Part shown: positions 22,772-36,200 of the stretch, piece after piece
Position numbering within the stretch: the first letter of the stretch is position 1
Layout of the letters: every line of letters starts with the position of its first letter
Assembly (NCBI GenBank): GCA_004764695.1
Contig: SMSO01000033.1
Location: forward strand, 1,426,001-1,490,000
Source of the DNA: Schizochytrium sp. TIO01
Lineage: Eukaryota > Protista > Bigyra: Labyrinthulomycetes
Reading direction: 5' to 3'
Length of the DNA stretch: 64,000 nt
Made by a program: the position numbers and the translations under genes
Notes under the pieces: generated by a model
What the model was told of the DNA's origin: nothing
Databases searched by the model: none
What the model saw: only the letters and a program-made list of their open reading frames with translations

Positions 22772-25700
22772 AAATTTGACTAAGTGGATGTTGAGGCTAG
22801 CAAAGTATGGTTTCCCAAGCTGGTATCGACTTCTAGGCATCATGGTGCAAATGTAAGCTTCTCTAAGTATATCTCTCACGGAAAGTCGGCCACTGCATGA
22901 CCGACTGAGTATTGCTTTGATCTTTAGGCAGGGTTTGTTTGTTACCCACGCCTAACGAGAATAAATTCGCATATATTCAGAAACTATTTGCAGGGCTTTA
23001 AAATTTTTGTCAATATAAACATATCTGCTGTCTATTTTTCGTCTTTGGTACTGAATTTCTCGAAACGAATGTTCGTCTTCAGGTCCTACATCAATCTTAG
23101 AACCTCCGAAGATACCTAGGTTTGCCTCTAGGTATGTACAAAACCGATCTCAAACTCAAAGCACTCTCACTAGTCGAAGGTATCCCTAGCGGTCCTTCTA
23201 CTTGGGGAAAACTTGGAACAATACATGAACCTAAGGTGAAAGGCAGATTTGGGAATTCAGAGAGAAGTGCTCTTACTAGTACTGACCCATGATCCACAAA
23301 CAAGTGGTTCTGCTAAAATTCAAAATCTTGGGATTGTCGGCAAAGTATTAGGTTCTTGGCTTGTTTGCGAGTATGATAATTTGGTCGGTCAATGTACATT
23401 CTTCATGGTATGTAGGTTAAAAAGCCGATTTGAATATTCCCATATCAATCTTTTAGAATCTAAAACTAGCCTATCTTAAAAAACTTTGCATACCTCGTTG
23501 GCCCTTTCAAGGTTTCTCCCAAATCTGAAACAGAGTCTTAAAATGTTTTGTCCTTTGCAAGGACTGAGGGCAAGGAATTCCTTAATATGTATACTACTAC
23601 ATTAATCGCTTGATTGATCTATGTGATGTTCTTATTTCAAGTTTTGAAGGAGGTTCATTAACTCTTTTCATTTATTCTCACAGGTAACCTGTGGTACCAT
23701 GCAAACAGAGCTATTTGAATGCATGTAGCTCCGTGAAGAGTTTTCAGGGATCGCTGCTGAAGGTTGATGATGGTGATGGTTCATAGTTTCTGGAGCTTCT
23801 CTTTCTTTTTGTCATAGCAACAGAGTGGCAGGTCCGATTTTGAAAATGGAATCTCATGGCATCTTAATTAGAAACTAAATCTCAAGCTCCGCACTTAAAG
23901 CCAAAGTAAGTCGAATAAAATAGTAACAGTGCTTGTTGTCTTCTGATATTTTCTTGTGTATGCAGGATGCGAGTACTTTGAAGTCAAAATTATGATGCTC
24001 CACCAATTTTTAGGTTTCCTCCACAGTAGTAGTAGCATACAAGAGATTCTAGTAATTATGGCGCACCCATAATTGGAATTATCCGAGACAATCTCACAGC
24101 AGACACTATTTTATATATACCCATACGGAGTGGTAAGGAAGATCGATGTAGAAAAGTACTACGTGAATTGGAAAAATGCTATTTCTAAGGACAAAGTCAC
24201 TCGCACATTTGAACTTAGTTCCAACCAGTCAGTAGAGGACCTTTGAGATTCGTAGCCACCTATTCATGTCATACAGATTTAAGGTTCAGAGGCTGAGAAA
24301 ATTTCTTATATACTGACTGAGATCCATCCACCTACAAGACCGAATCACGCGATGCAAATGAAAATCTGCGTCCTCAAATCGCTGTGTGTGTTTGAGGATA
24401 CATGTCGCAACTCTCGATGCCTTCGAGCGCGCTGGAAAGCCATTCGTGGGGCTCCAGACACATGCTGAGAATCGACAACTCACACCTCAAGGCAAAACAG
24501 ACCAAAAAGAAAAAACAGAGAAATTAAACAAAAATAAAATATGTACGTTTGTAGGTTCTGATTCGATGGCTTGGAAACTTTCACATCGGCGGCAACGTTA
24601 TGCAGGCCTTCTCCCAGGTTTCAGGCATGCCAGCGCAATCCAAACCTCGCTACAGCCCCTTTTCAGGCCTTCCTATCGTCCATAAACCATGCTTGTTATC
24701 AGAATTCAGCACTCATGTACAATTTTGGGTCCTTATTCAGTCAAGCTCTATGAGCAAGTAACAACTTCGAAAAACGGATTCGCTTAATTGCTTCAAATCG
24801 CAGGGTCTTTGACTATAGGCTATATCTCCCCTTGAAATTTAGCGTCAAGCTTTGCAGCGTTGCCGCAAAGAAAGCTTGTCAGCCTCAAACGCCGCAGAGA
24901 AGTGGCCTGAGCGTTTGGCCTCTCATGAACCACGCGAACTTCAAGCACAAGCTATAATTTATACCTGTTCTGGTTCTTCCAAAGTTGACCAGTATCTCAA
25001 GATGCTGATGGTATATAAGACTATACTAAGGACGCGTCTCCACGGTGTCAACAGCTACCTTCCAAGAGTGAAGACCACCATACATCGCATACAGAGAGAC
25101 TCAGAAACGTGCTTTATACTTGGGAACCAACACTGGAGCAGGACATCAAGTATTAACTTTTTTAGTTGAAAGCGAAGTATCCCCAACGACAGATGACGAA
25201 GTTAAAGTTAGGCATTGAAGATTTAAGTGACTGACTTTTTGGGCACGATGGTGCGTGGGTAAAGACTGTACATCGACGGGAAAAAAGTCGGTAGGTGGCG
25301 GTCGCTAGTAAAATTTCATATTAAAAAACTGCGGCAGGTCCTTAGCCTAAGCATGGAAAGACGCATTATTCTCTTCGACCAAATGACGCATTTGCTCCCA
25401 TGGCCTAAGTGCTGTTATTGGATCTATAGTCAATAAATTGGAACTCTTTATATGATTCGGATAAAAGTTTTTTGTTTTTGTTTCTTTACAAAGCCAAACC
25501 ACAAAACAGGTGTAGCAATGTGCCATTCAGAAAACGGTGATCAATCAGTTTTAAAAAGATTCGCAATGGTCTAGTGTCTGACTTTACTTCTGATGATGGG
25601 TGGTTGGAGTCGTTATTGGTTTAAGTTATTTGATTTATTTGCAACCAGTGGACTGTGTTTGAGCATATGGATAGATATGTATGTTTCTGAGTCCTGTTCC

Positions 25701-26089
25701 TTTGATTGCTAAATCCAAGGGTAAGTGGCGAAATGCAAAACTAGGTTGAGTAAGTACTTTAATTTTAGGTTAGAAAGAACAATTCATGTGTCTTGACTCC
25801 TAGTATGCATGACTTTTCATCACTACTCACTGCTAATTTTATTGCCAATCTACATGTTTTGATTCTGTATAATAAACACTAGTAAAGTTTATATTGAAAA
25901 GAAAGGGAAAGAAAGGTGAAAAAGGGAAGGTAAGGAAGGATTGTGGTTACATGAGCACATACATTTTGAACCTGCAAAACCTTAATTCAGCGGTTGATTG
26001 AAAAACCAATCTTCCTCCTGATTTGGCAAACCCTTAATTCAGTTTCTGCACAGGACAAGTCGTTCGCTGAACGGTGTTCATTTGACATC

Positions 26090-27461
26090 ATGGCCAAGAC
26101 TCAATTTCTCTTGATGGCTATTATGAGCCTCGCTTTAACTCAGCAAGCGCAAGTAGGATTGGCTCAAGAAGAGGAGGTATCTACCATCTGTAGTACGGCG
26201 TTAGATCGCTTTGTTGAGTTTATGGAGGTTGAAGCTGGTCATGATCATGAAGAAGAAGACCATGAAGACCATGAAGAAGAAGAGCTCGACGATGAGCACA
26301 TCTTGGAGGCATTAACTTGTAACGCTACTGAAGGTACCTATTCAGTTCTCTTTGAGGGTGAAGAGTATTCTGGACTCCTCATCAACGAGTATCAATACGA
26401 TGGCTGCTCTGCTACTGAGGTTGCAAATATTTGTGAAATGCTCATCTGTGAAGGAGCTGACTTGCATCTTGTCCAATATGACATGTGCTGCAGCGAAGTG
26501 ACAGATGCAGATGATTTTGTCGAGGAATGCCACATTGAAGTTGAGGCCTCTGAGAGTACTGTTGTAGTAAATGGTGCTGTTTGGGGTAAGACTATAGCTG
26601 CAGTCTTTATTACCGCCTTTGCAAGTTTGATTGGAGCTGTGTTTCTTTTAGGCAGGGCCCATAAGCTTGACCAAGAAATTCTTAACGATGTGTCTGCGCT
26701 TGCCATTGGCTTTCTGCTTTCCACTGTTTTTGTGCACCTCATGCCTGAAGCAGCAGAATCCATCGACTTTGACTGGAAACTTGGAACAGCTCTCCTTGGT
26801 GGCATCTGCACCGCACTCTTTATCCATATGGGATCTTCTATGTTGGGTATCGGCCACACTCACTCACCCACTGATCTTCATGAAGATGCTGACGCTGAGG
26901 GTGGCACCAACCGTGTTGATGCTTCAGATGTAGACAAACATCACTCCCATGGCCATGGAAGTTGACTGGCCGCTTATTTCTAACATCATAATTGGAGACG
27001 GTATCCACAACCTTGTGGATGGAATGATCCTTGGTATTGCATTCTCAGCCTGTCCCTCTTCTCCAATTGGTTGGATTACTTTGGCTGCTGTGCTTGCCCA
27101 CGAACTTCCCCAGGAACTAGTCGATTTCATGGTTCTTGTCCGGGCTGGTTTGAGCTACCAAAAAGCACTCTTCTTCAACTTTTGCAGCTCCTTGACTGCG
27201 GTGCTTGGTGCTATAATTGTTTTGTCTCTTAATGCATCGATTAGTGAGTCGGCACAGGCCTATTTGCTGGCGTATGGCACTGGATTCCTTGCATATGTCG
27301 CACTTGGCGAGTTGGCCCCAAGTATTGTTGAGGTTGGCAGCAAAAAACGGCGAGCCTTTCGCATGTTTCTCATCGTTGTTGGTGCAGTTATCATTGGAGT
27401 TCTTGGGCTCTTCCATGAACACTGTGATGCTGGTGGTGACCACGAAGGCCACAACCACTAA
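26090..27461 (+). CDS. ZIP (SLC39, LIV-1-like) zinc transporter with signal peptide; +1 frameshift at ~26957-26962
   Basis: Signal peptide MAKTQFLLMAIMSLAL, His/Glu-rich ectodomain, TM motifs VFVHLMPEA, IIGDGIHNLVDG and LAHELPQELVDF. The two halves are in adjacent frames; ~456 aa when joined. Confidence 0.92.
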
Positions 27462-28198
27462 TTTCATTTGTCTTAAAGCACACCCAGTTCGAAAAACCCA
27501 CTGGTTCGGAAATCAAGAATGGAATGCTCCCCAACACATAGCGGAAATATATATGTTGGTTGCATTTATTTAACCCTATGAATAGCCTCTTCTTACTGCC
27601 TCTACCTGTTTTGCACTACAGATTTGTGTAGTACTTATATGGGCACCGCATATTTCACTTTCTGTTTTCGGCTTTGCAAATACGAGAACAGGATGATGAA
27701 CTTCTTGTTGATTGATTAAGAAACCATTTTGTTCATTTTTTAGTATTTCTTTCATTTCTGAATTGCTAGAATTGCATACTACGTGTGAGTATTATATTCT
27801 TGGCAATTTGGTCTGCTGCAATATTTATTTCTTGTCTTGTTCTAGCTATTATTGTCAATGACTTATCTACCACGTGGAAGCCATTCTCGAATTGGCTCTG
27901 GTACTTTAATGTATAAGTTGAAGTCACGACCACTTGATGACAAGTTATCACAGAACCCTTGATTACTAAAAAGTCCTATATAGTCTTAGTCTATACAAGG
28001 TATAAAGAAGAGCTGTGCACGTGCTTGCAAGTCAAGGCAAACAAACTAAAAGCGCTTCTAGCGCGCCATCCCAGTTGCACGAAATATTACAGTCTTAAAT
28101 CGTTTTGGGGGAGAGGCGAGCTAGCACATACACCCTCCTCTACCCAGCGCTCCTGCAAGCTTTCTGCATCACTTTTCCTTATTAAAAACCACTCTACC

Positions 28199-29600
28199 AT
28201 GGGCGCCTCGTGGTCAGAGACGAACAGCGAAGAAGCAAGTAATCCAAGTCCACTATCGTCTCAAGCAGTCTCTTCTGCTGTGCATGTCCATGTTGATGCT
28301 GAGGAGCCAGTTTCCTCGTCGGGGCTTTTCGAAGACTCTAGTAATCTTGATACTGGCCTCCGCTGCTGTATCTGTGAGGCAAACGCTGTCGATCCTTGCG
28401 TAGCTATCGCTTGCCGCCACGTTTATTGTCGGCAGTGTATTGTGAACTACCTTCTTTCCCGAGGCACTCGGCTCGAACAAATCTGCCCTGCGTGTTTAAC
28501 ACCAGTCTCTGTTTATCAAATTGTTGTCATCAACTCTCGGAAGCTTTTACGCGAACGAGATATTCCGACCATCTATGGCTCGACATACAGGTCAAGTCCA
28601 GCGAGTGCTTTTGGCGACCTCTATTTTAGTGCCGACGAATGCTACATGCGAAATAAATCCCTCATTGATGAAACAAAAATACTCTTCTTCGACGATGGAG
28701 CAGAGGTTCCAGCACGAATACATTTCGAAAATTGGTATTATAATTCATCCTCAAGGGTGTTCGAAGGTACTCTTGATTTTGGAACCCAGCATTATTTCAG
28801 AAAGGCTTCTAAGTTGCGAATGAAACTCAAGTTTCTCGATAGCTTTGATGCTGTGGAGGAAGGCGAGATTAAGCGCTTCGATCGCGAAGGAAACGAAATG
28901 GTTCCATACGTGATCGAACGGGATTCAATTCTTCGATGGCAGCGAATCAAGAAGTCAATCTATGATAATGACTCTATTTATTATCTTGAGTTGCAGGTCC
29001 CATGGCTTATGGAGCAAATTGCTGGGTTTGTTGCTCTCTTTGCCCGCTGGTACTATGGAATTTCCTATAGAACCTGTTATAGAGACTATCAGAAGCCGTA
29101 TCCCAGCTGAGTCGATTGGTCTAGGCTCCTTTCATTTTTCGCGCAGTGGGTCTTATGTAGACTTTTCACGGTCAACACAACTTCTTGCACAAGGGATGCC
29201 TCGCTATGTTCGTTTCATGCACGAGAATTTTGACCCTATTTCCAGGATCTTTGAAGGCGCTGTGGAAATGCCTCTGGAAAACGGACCATTATTTATAGTT
29301 CATTATCACCTGGTTTTTGATGCATCTCTGAGTAAAATTGTGGATGGTGAGCATAAATTTTACCAAGTTTTGCGGCCAATCTTATCCGGAGATGTGCTTA
29401 CGCAAAAATACAGCAACATAGCCCAGGGCCAACTGTATTTACTCGAAGAGAAACACTATGGATTTGGTCCTGATGACATTTTGCGATTCCGTGCCATGTG
29501 TCCATGGCAAGACATCGTGCCGCCACCTCCACCTCCATCCCGATCAGATCCAGCTCCCACAGAAACACCCCAATCAGGAGGCGCAACTGATGCATCATAA
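28199..29600 (+). CDS. C3HC4 RING-finger protein with two copies of an uncharacterised domain (paralog 2); +1 frameshift at ~29059-29063
   Basis: Start MGASWS. RING CCIC...ACRHVYCRQC...CPAC. Removing one T gives RWYYGIPIEP...IGLGSFHFS, matching paralog 1 RW...GIPNW...YGVGSVHFS. About 466 aa. Confidence 0.85.
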
Positions 29601-29787
29601 GTTAGTGTTGGTTTATTGTTTTGTACAAAAGGTAGTAGAACCATAAATCCTTAGGTTCTTTTTTCTTAAATTTGGATAATCGTTAACATTACCATTAATT
29701 TTGTTTCTATTTTTTTTAATAATTTTATGTGCGATTATGTGACTACTGTCTGACTTTCTTCTCATCTAGCAGTCAAGAGAGCAATAG

Positions 29788-31044
29788 CTAAACATTTGAA
29801 GCGGAGTTGATGCACTCACGGCTCGCTACAGTCGGTGCGCTGCGCAAGCTGCGCAAAATTGAGGCCAGTAAGCCATCAATTTGCTCAACAGTATTGTGGC
29901 AGTGAAGGATAATTCGTAAGCGCTCCTCACCTTTGGGCACAGTTGGACTGCGGATAGGCATTACATCAAAACCATCCGCCTGTAGGTTTTGAGACACACG
30001 TATCACCTCCTTATTTCCAGGAACAAGAATACCTTGAACAGCCGAAGGAGACACTAACGCAGCTTGTGCAAGTTCTGGCTCTTTCGCGAGGCCGTCCTGG
30101 AAAGCCTTGATAAGAGTGCCTAGCTGATCCTGGCGCTGGGCAGCCTCGCGCTCCATAACACGGTGCGAAGCTATTATATACGCAACAGAGTGGGCCGCAA
30201 GTGCCGTGGAGTAGATCAACGGACGGCAGTAATTAATCATATACTCTCGCAGAATTGATGGGCCAATCAAAGCTGCCCCGTGCACGCCTGGGGCTTTTCC
30301 AAAAGTGCATACCTTGCAAAAGATCTCTTCGTCAAGACCCAGGGCACTCACGAGTCCGCGACCACCACTTCCAAAAACTCCGACCCCATGGGCTTCATCA
30401 ACCACCAGACTTGCTCCAAACTCTTTGCAAATAGCACAAAGCTCCTCTAGCGGTGCACAGTGGCCATCCATGGAATACACCGACTCAACAGACACCAAGA
30501 CGTTGCCAATGGACTCGTCAGCAGCCAACTCAGAAAGAACTTTGCGAAGGTCCTCACAGTCATTGTGAAGAAATGGGCGTGAAGTTCCACGAGAAAGTCG
30601 TAAGCCCTCCCGGACCGAATTATGCATAAGCTCGTCAAAGACTACGACATCTCCTTTTTGAGGAACGCAGGAAAAAAGTCCAAGATTAAGGTCATATCCT
30701 GCGTTGAACAGTAGGGCGGACTCGCCACGGTAAAAAGTCTTAAGATAATCCTCAGCTTGCTCATGATATTTGGAATTGCCAGAGAGCAAACGGGACCCTG
30801 TAGAGCCCAGCCTAACCCCGTCCCATGATGTTTTAGCACGCGCGTACTCCTCGTCTGCCTCGCGCTCCAGACTTTCGCTGGCTGCCAGGCTTAAGTAGTC
30901 ATTGCTTGAAAAGTCCACCAGACCAATCTTCTCTTTGGCATCGCGGCCTGTGAGCCTGCGCAACAAACCCTCCTCCTTTCTGCGATCCAAAGGTTTTTGC
31001 AGCGTCGCTAATAGCCCGCTGCCTGGCCCTGCTGCGCGAATCAT
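29788..31044 (-). CDS. bioF: 8-amino-7-oxononanoate synthase (KAPA synthase)
   Basis: DFSSNDYL, GSTGSRLLSG, ESVYSMDG, VVDEAH, TFGKA (PLP lysine), IRSPTVPKGEERLRI. Confidence 0.93.
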   Translation of the reverse strand: MIRAAGPGSGLLATLQKPLDRRKEEGLLRRLTGRDAKEKIGLVDFSSNDYLSLAASESLEREADEEYARAKTSWDGVRLGSTGSRLLSGNSKYHEQAEDYLKTFYRGESALLFNAGYDLNLGLFSCVPQKGDVVVFDELMHNSVREGLRLSRGTSRPFLHNDCEDLRKVLSELAADESIGNVLVSVESVYSMDGHCAPLEELCAICKEFGASLVVDEAHGVGVFGSGGRGLVSALGLDEEIFCKVCTFGKAPGVHGAALIGPSILREYMINYCRPLIYSTALAAHSVAYIIASHRVMEREAAQRQDQLGTLIKAFQDGLAKEPELAQAALVSPSAVQGILVPGNKEVIRVSQNLQADGFDVMPIRSPTVPKGEERLRIILHCHNTVEQIDGLLASILRSLRSAPTVASRECINSASNV

Positions 31045-33298
31045 GCGCCTCAGTTTGACAATTCACTGGAATGCTAGCTGTGCTGCTTTGGCTAAAACCA
31101 AGATTGCTCGATCCAAATCAAGAATCGCTTTTTGTTTCCCTTCAAGTTGTATAAAGTTGAAAACTAGTACGTAGCGTAGTACCTACTAATACTTCCTACT
31201 TTACTGCCGGACTGTTCGAGCTTAGCAAGATTCCCACAAAAAAAAAGAAGCCACCTGCGCGCAAGAACCCGGGTGCCAGTAACAACCAGGAGCGTGCCTT
31301 TTACTAGCGAAGCAGACCAGCAACAACCTAATGAGATAATCACAACTCTGTGAAAAGAGAAGAGTAATTGATGTCTGATATTTGAATGGGGTTCTACCAG
31401 GCCTATATTACAAGTACCCGCGAAATATTGTTTTGGTCCAGGATCTTGGCCTTATTCAGAATTTCTTTTTTGGTCAAGGGGAGAAGGAGTATTTACAGAG
31501 GGGGCATTGCGACTTGCTCAAGCTATGCTACAAACAAGGCGAGGTTTTAAACCCTTTAGGAGAGTCGTGGTTTCCTCCTACTCTCAGGTTTTAGTATTTC
31601 GGTGTTTTGGTATGATTTATTTCGAGTTGTCTTTTTTTTCTTTTCTTTTTTCAAGTTTTATTGGGAGTGAAGTAGGCACGCCAAGTCAATCAATACCTCT
31701 TCTAGTTCAATGAATGGAGCCATCATGAATATTTGTTATGTGCTCCAGGTACTGACGAAGAAAATAACTATCTGGCAACTAGGTCCAGAAAATGTAAAGT
31801 TTAAGTTTATAGAACTATATAACTGTTTGAATTGAGAACAATAAAGAAAACCCAAACACTGGAACTGTCACAAACAGCCCTCCTCTCGAAAGACAAATCG
31901 GCCTGAAGTATGGTTCTCCGAACAGATATTTCTGTGGTAAGAGAGCTAGGAAGCTAAAATCTCATTATAGAACCTAGATTATATTAAGTTCTATGGTGCA
32001 TCAACTTGAGCAAGATATGGCACGGTGAAAACTAGTGTTTAGTAGTTTTTCCGCTTTTCAATCAAAAGTAAGGAGCGACACATTTTATGTACATGCTACA
32101 GCCAACCTTCTTGTATCAAGACCCTTCTATTGCGACAGATATACTGGCAGGAATCCTTGCCACTACAACCGTTTTCCAAAGAACTTAATCTTTGCGAAAT
32201 AGAGCCTGCTTAGGTCTGGATGATTTCGTTCTCCAAGTCTCTATAAAGATTTACCCTCCAGAGTCATATAGAGGTTGTGTAGATTCATTCTTTGCCTTGT
32301 TCAACCTATGAACAGACTTGCTTTATTATCTGTTCTGTGACACTCATCGCCATTTTTATATCCAACGTGGTTCAGGGCACCATATGTACTACTACCGCTA
32401 GTGCAACTCCTATTACTTGAAGTACAAGTTCTCAAAAGACCCTGAAGTTGATATCATCATCTGAGAAGGTGTAGACCTGGCTGTTGGAGTCATCAATAAT
32501 ACCTACCTAGCACTAATACTAATGCATAAACACCACCTAGTAGGGGCCTACGAGCAGTTCCTTTTTACGCTGCTTAGCACTTGCTAACTCTATATAGCAG
32601 TTTTCTCTGGGATGATAGATAGATCTGTACGTGCGGTGGACCAGGGACTTTGCTGTTTCCTATATAAGCACTTGACAGTCTACTTTGCAAGCTGACAATG
32701 TGTACATCCAGCAGTCCAACCTAGTGGAGAGGAGCCGCAGGCAGGGATATTAAGGCAGAGGAGACGCGCAAAGCCAAAAACGAGAAGGAGAAAGAAAGAA
32801 AGAAGAAAGAAAGAAAGACCGGAGTCCTGGGAAGAAGGAGAGGGAAAGAAAAGAGAAAGAAAAGAAAAGAAATGCCCTAGGATAAACCATAGGAGACGAA
32901 TAGTGCCCAGCGAGACGAAAAGCAAAAGAAAAGCGTGGAAGAAAGCAGAAGGAAAACCTAAAAGCAAATAAATAAGCAGACACAGACAGACAGATACAGT
33001 AACATCTCTGTTTTTGACTTCTTTACAAACAAAGATAGATAGAGGCGAAAGGGAGGAAAGAGAGAAAGAGAGAAGAAGGCAGACGGAAACAGGAAAGCGA
33101 GCGAGCGCGAGGAAGGCTTGCAGACTGACGGCTCGGAGCAGAGGCAAAAGGCGGCACAGTGCAGGGAAGAGATCCTCTTGGCGCAGAGGGAGGCACAGAG
33201 CCCGAGGAGGCCTCGCTCTGGACTGGCCCGGCCAATCGGGCGCCAGATTGGCCGATTCTGCGGGTGGATTTGGAGCTAGCTTTGACCCGGAAGCCGTC

Positions 33299-36200
33299 AT
33301 GGATGCAGAAACTCCGGCCGCGCAGAACCCGCAACGGCAACGACAACAAGGGGAACCACGGATGAGCAAGCATGACGGGGATGAAGGACTCAAAGCAAGG
33401 CCAAGGGTGTCCTGGCCTGATCGCGGGAGAGAGAACGGGCCCGGATCAGACGCACAAGCTACAATGCCAACGCTGAGGCTAGTTCCCCTCAACGATGAGA
33501 CTGGAGCAAGCGACGCAGAGGAGGATGGTGAAGAACACAGCGATGGGGAGGTAGGCGACGAACGGGTCCAAGGTCAACGGCAGACAGGAGCAGCCATTAG
33601 CGCGATCACTCAGGAATCTGAGCGCAAGAACGGAACTCTAGATTCTGATTCTTTTTCTTCCATCGCAGGCTCAAACTTCCATGCGAGTTCAAATTCAAAT
33701 TCAAATTCAAAATTCAAATTCAAATTTAAATATAAATGTAAAACAGGGATTGCTAAAACCTGAAGTTTTAAATTTGGAGTCGAATTCAAAATCTCTGAAC
33801 TTGAATTTGAATGCAGGAAACCCAATTTTGAAAAAGAACCCGAGCCTAGGAAACTTAGATCTGAGCGCCACCAGTTCTGTAGAAACAAACTCAGGTTTTC
33901 CTGCTCAGAGCTTGCCGATCAGTCGGCAGGTTAACGGCGAGGAGACCAAGTCACTGCGCAAGTCGGGGTCATCGGGCTCGCTAAGGGCCACACCTGATGG
34001 CGGATGGCGTAGCATGTCTCCAGGGAGCACCGGAAGCACGGAGAACGATTGGCAGAGTGTGGGCTACTCACCAGCCATCACGGCAGTGAAAAACCCGAGC
34101 CCTGGCACCAGTATGCCTGAGCTCAAGATGGACAACTCCATTGCGCTCCCACCTGTCGCTCCAAGAGAAGGGCCATCTGCGCCCACAGCAAGCCGGAGCC
34201 TTCGCGACAGTGACGCCACCATTGCAAGCTCGGCGGCCCTCTCAGCGGGAAGGAGAACTGGACCAATGAACGGTGCAGATTTGCTCTTCCCTCCATTCAG
34301 ACACCGGGATTCAAATACAGAATGTTCATCGACAATGAGCGGGAGCGGGGGCTCCACATCAGCTGTCCACACGAGTATTATAGGCAATCATTCTGCTGCC
34401 GCCACTAACAACGGCAACAATGGATTGAACCAGCACAATTATAGCAATGGCATTAGCAATAGTACCTCACCGTTGGGCCCGTCAGGATCGTTTGTAAATA
34501 GCGAGGTACCCTCTCTGTCAAGGAATGGCCATGGTCACCTAGGCCCGGGGTTTGCGCCACAGGGAAATATCCATAGTTCATTTCTCTCCACGGCATTTGG
34601 TGGGCTCTCTTTATCCAATAATATAACTTCACCAGCCCTAAAAGCAACGACGCCAACAGTAGCACTTGACAATAATAAATTGGAAGAGAATAAAAGCTCA
34701 TCTGCCATTATGACCATTATGACGAGCTCGCGTCATGAAAAGTCTATAATTACAGATTCAAAAAATGTGGTAAGCCCAGCACAAATATTTGAAGGCGCAC
34801 GTGAAACAAAAGAGCGAACAGATCGTGATAAGCAGACTAGTGTGGATGAATCAGGGTGGTTTGACCGCATCAGTCGGATGTGCAATGACGACCCTGTACG
34901 GGCCCTTGACACAATCTTTGACTTTCTTGTTGACCGACATTATTACACTGTACCAGGTGAAGGGCGCACTTTACCAATCATGCAAAAACCTCGTGAGCTT
35001 GATTTTATATTCTTCCAGCTTTTGAAGCGTCTCAATGCTTCACCAAAATTGCAAACGCTTCTGCTCAAACGATTATGCGAACTTGCAGTCTGGAATGAAT
35101 CAAGCCTAAATTTGTGCTGTCAGGAACAACTTCTAGAGCGTGCGCTGGCAACGTTTTTTGATAACGCAAGTGTATCCTCAGTAGCTGCCGACTGGAGTCT
35201 TGCAGATTTGAAACCTCAGGTTCTCAAAGAGTTACTCCGTTTCTTTGTTGTTCTCGGAACGCAAACCTTTTCTAATACTGCGCTATCAAGTGTTTGCGTG
35301 CCATTACGACGCTGGTCTTCTTTAATGCCCAAGGCACGCTATAACGGAATATATGCTATCGAGCTGCTTCGCTCGGTTTTGCTTTCTTCTGCTCAAACAC
35401 GTTCACCTCGTGAATATCTAGACTTTCGGCCAGATTCTACTTCCTCATCGTCTAGTTCACAAGCTAGTGTAATGCATATTAATACGCAAGGACTTGTAGC
35501 TGAAAATGTCTTATTGTGGCCAGCTGACGGTTTTACTTTTGCAATATGGTTTAGGGAGCAAGGCGCGACAACACCGATTTCGGGTATCCAAACAACTTCG
35601 AACTCGAAAAGTACTGACAACTCACCTTTGACACCTGGATTCGAGGATATTCTCCGTCATGAACTACGTGGAGAGTCCACGCGTGCTCAGAATTGGCGTC
35701 CCAGTAATTCTACAAACGTAGGAAACAATCTTCCAAGCGATTCTGCCTCGACGCAACTAAATTCAAATGTTGTTATATTCAGTTTGCGGTCCCCACAAAC
35801 AGGCGAAGGAATCGAACTAAGCCTTGAAGACTCGAGTAATACTTCGAGTTATGACCAAAACGACTTGTCAATACTCTGCAAAAACATTATCGTGCGCACT
35901 TATTCTGCTGATGCTCAAGGAACTGGAAAACTTCACGACACGGTAAAAGTCAAAGATGTCATTCTACCAACAAGCTGCTCTCAAAATATCAGTGGGTGGC
36001 ATTGGTTAAGCATCACTCTTAAACCTGCAGGATACATGTGGACCCGCCCACAACTCTCCATTTATGTTGATGCACAAAAACTTTATTCTGGACAATTGCT
36101 GGTTCCGCAATTTACCCCAACAACTCGTTTTGCCCTAGCTGTTGGTGTTTCTGCTTTGAGCACACGAACTGAATTTAGCAACAATTCTCACTCAGCGTTT

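Noticed and set aside
32680-33492. 270-aa hydrophobic minus-strand ORF
   Set aside because: Reverse complement of a GA-rich low-complexity leader of the BEACH gene.
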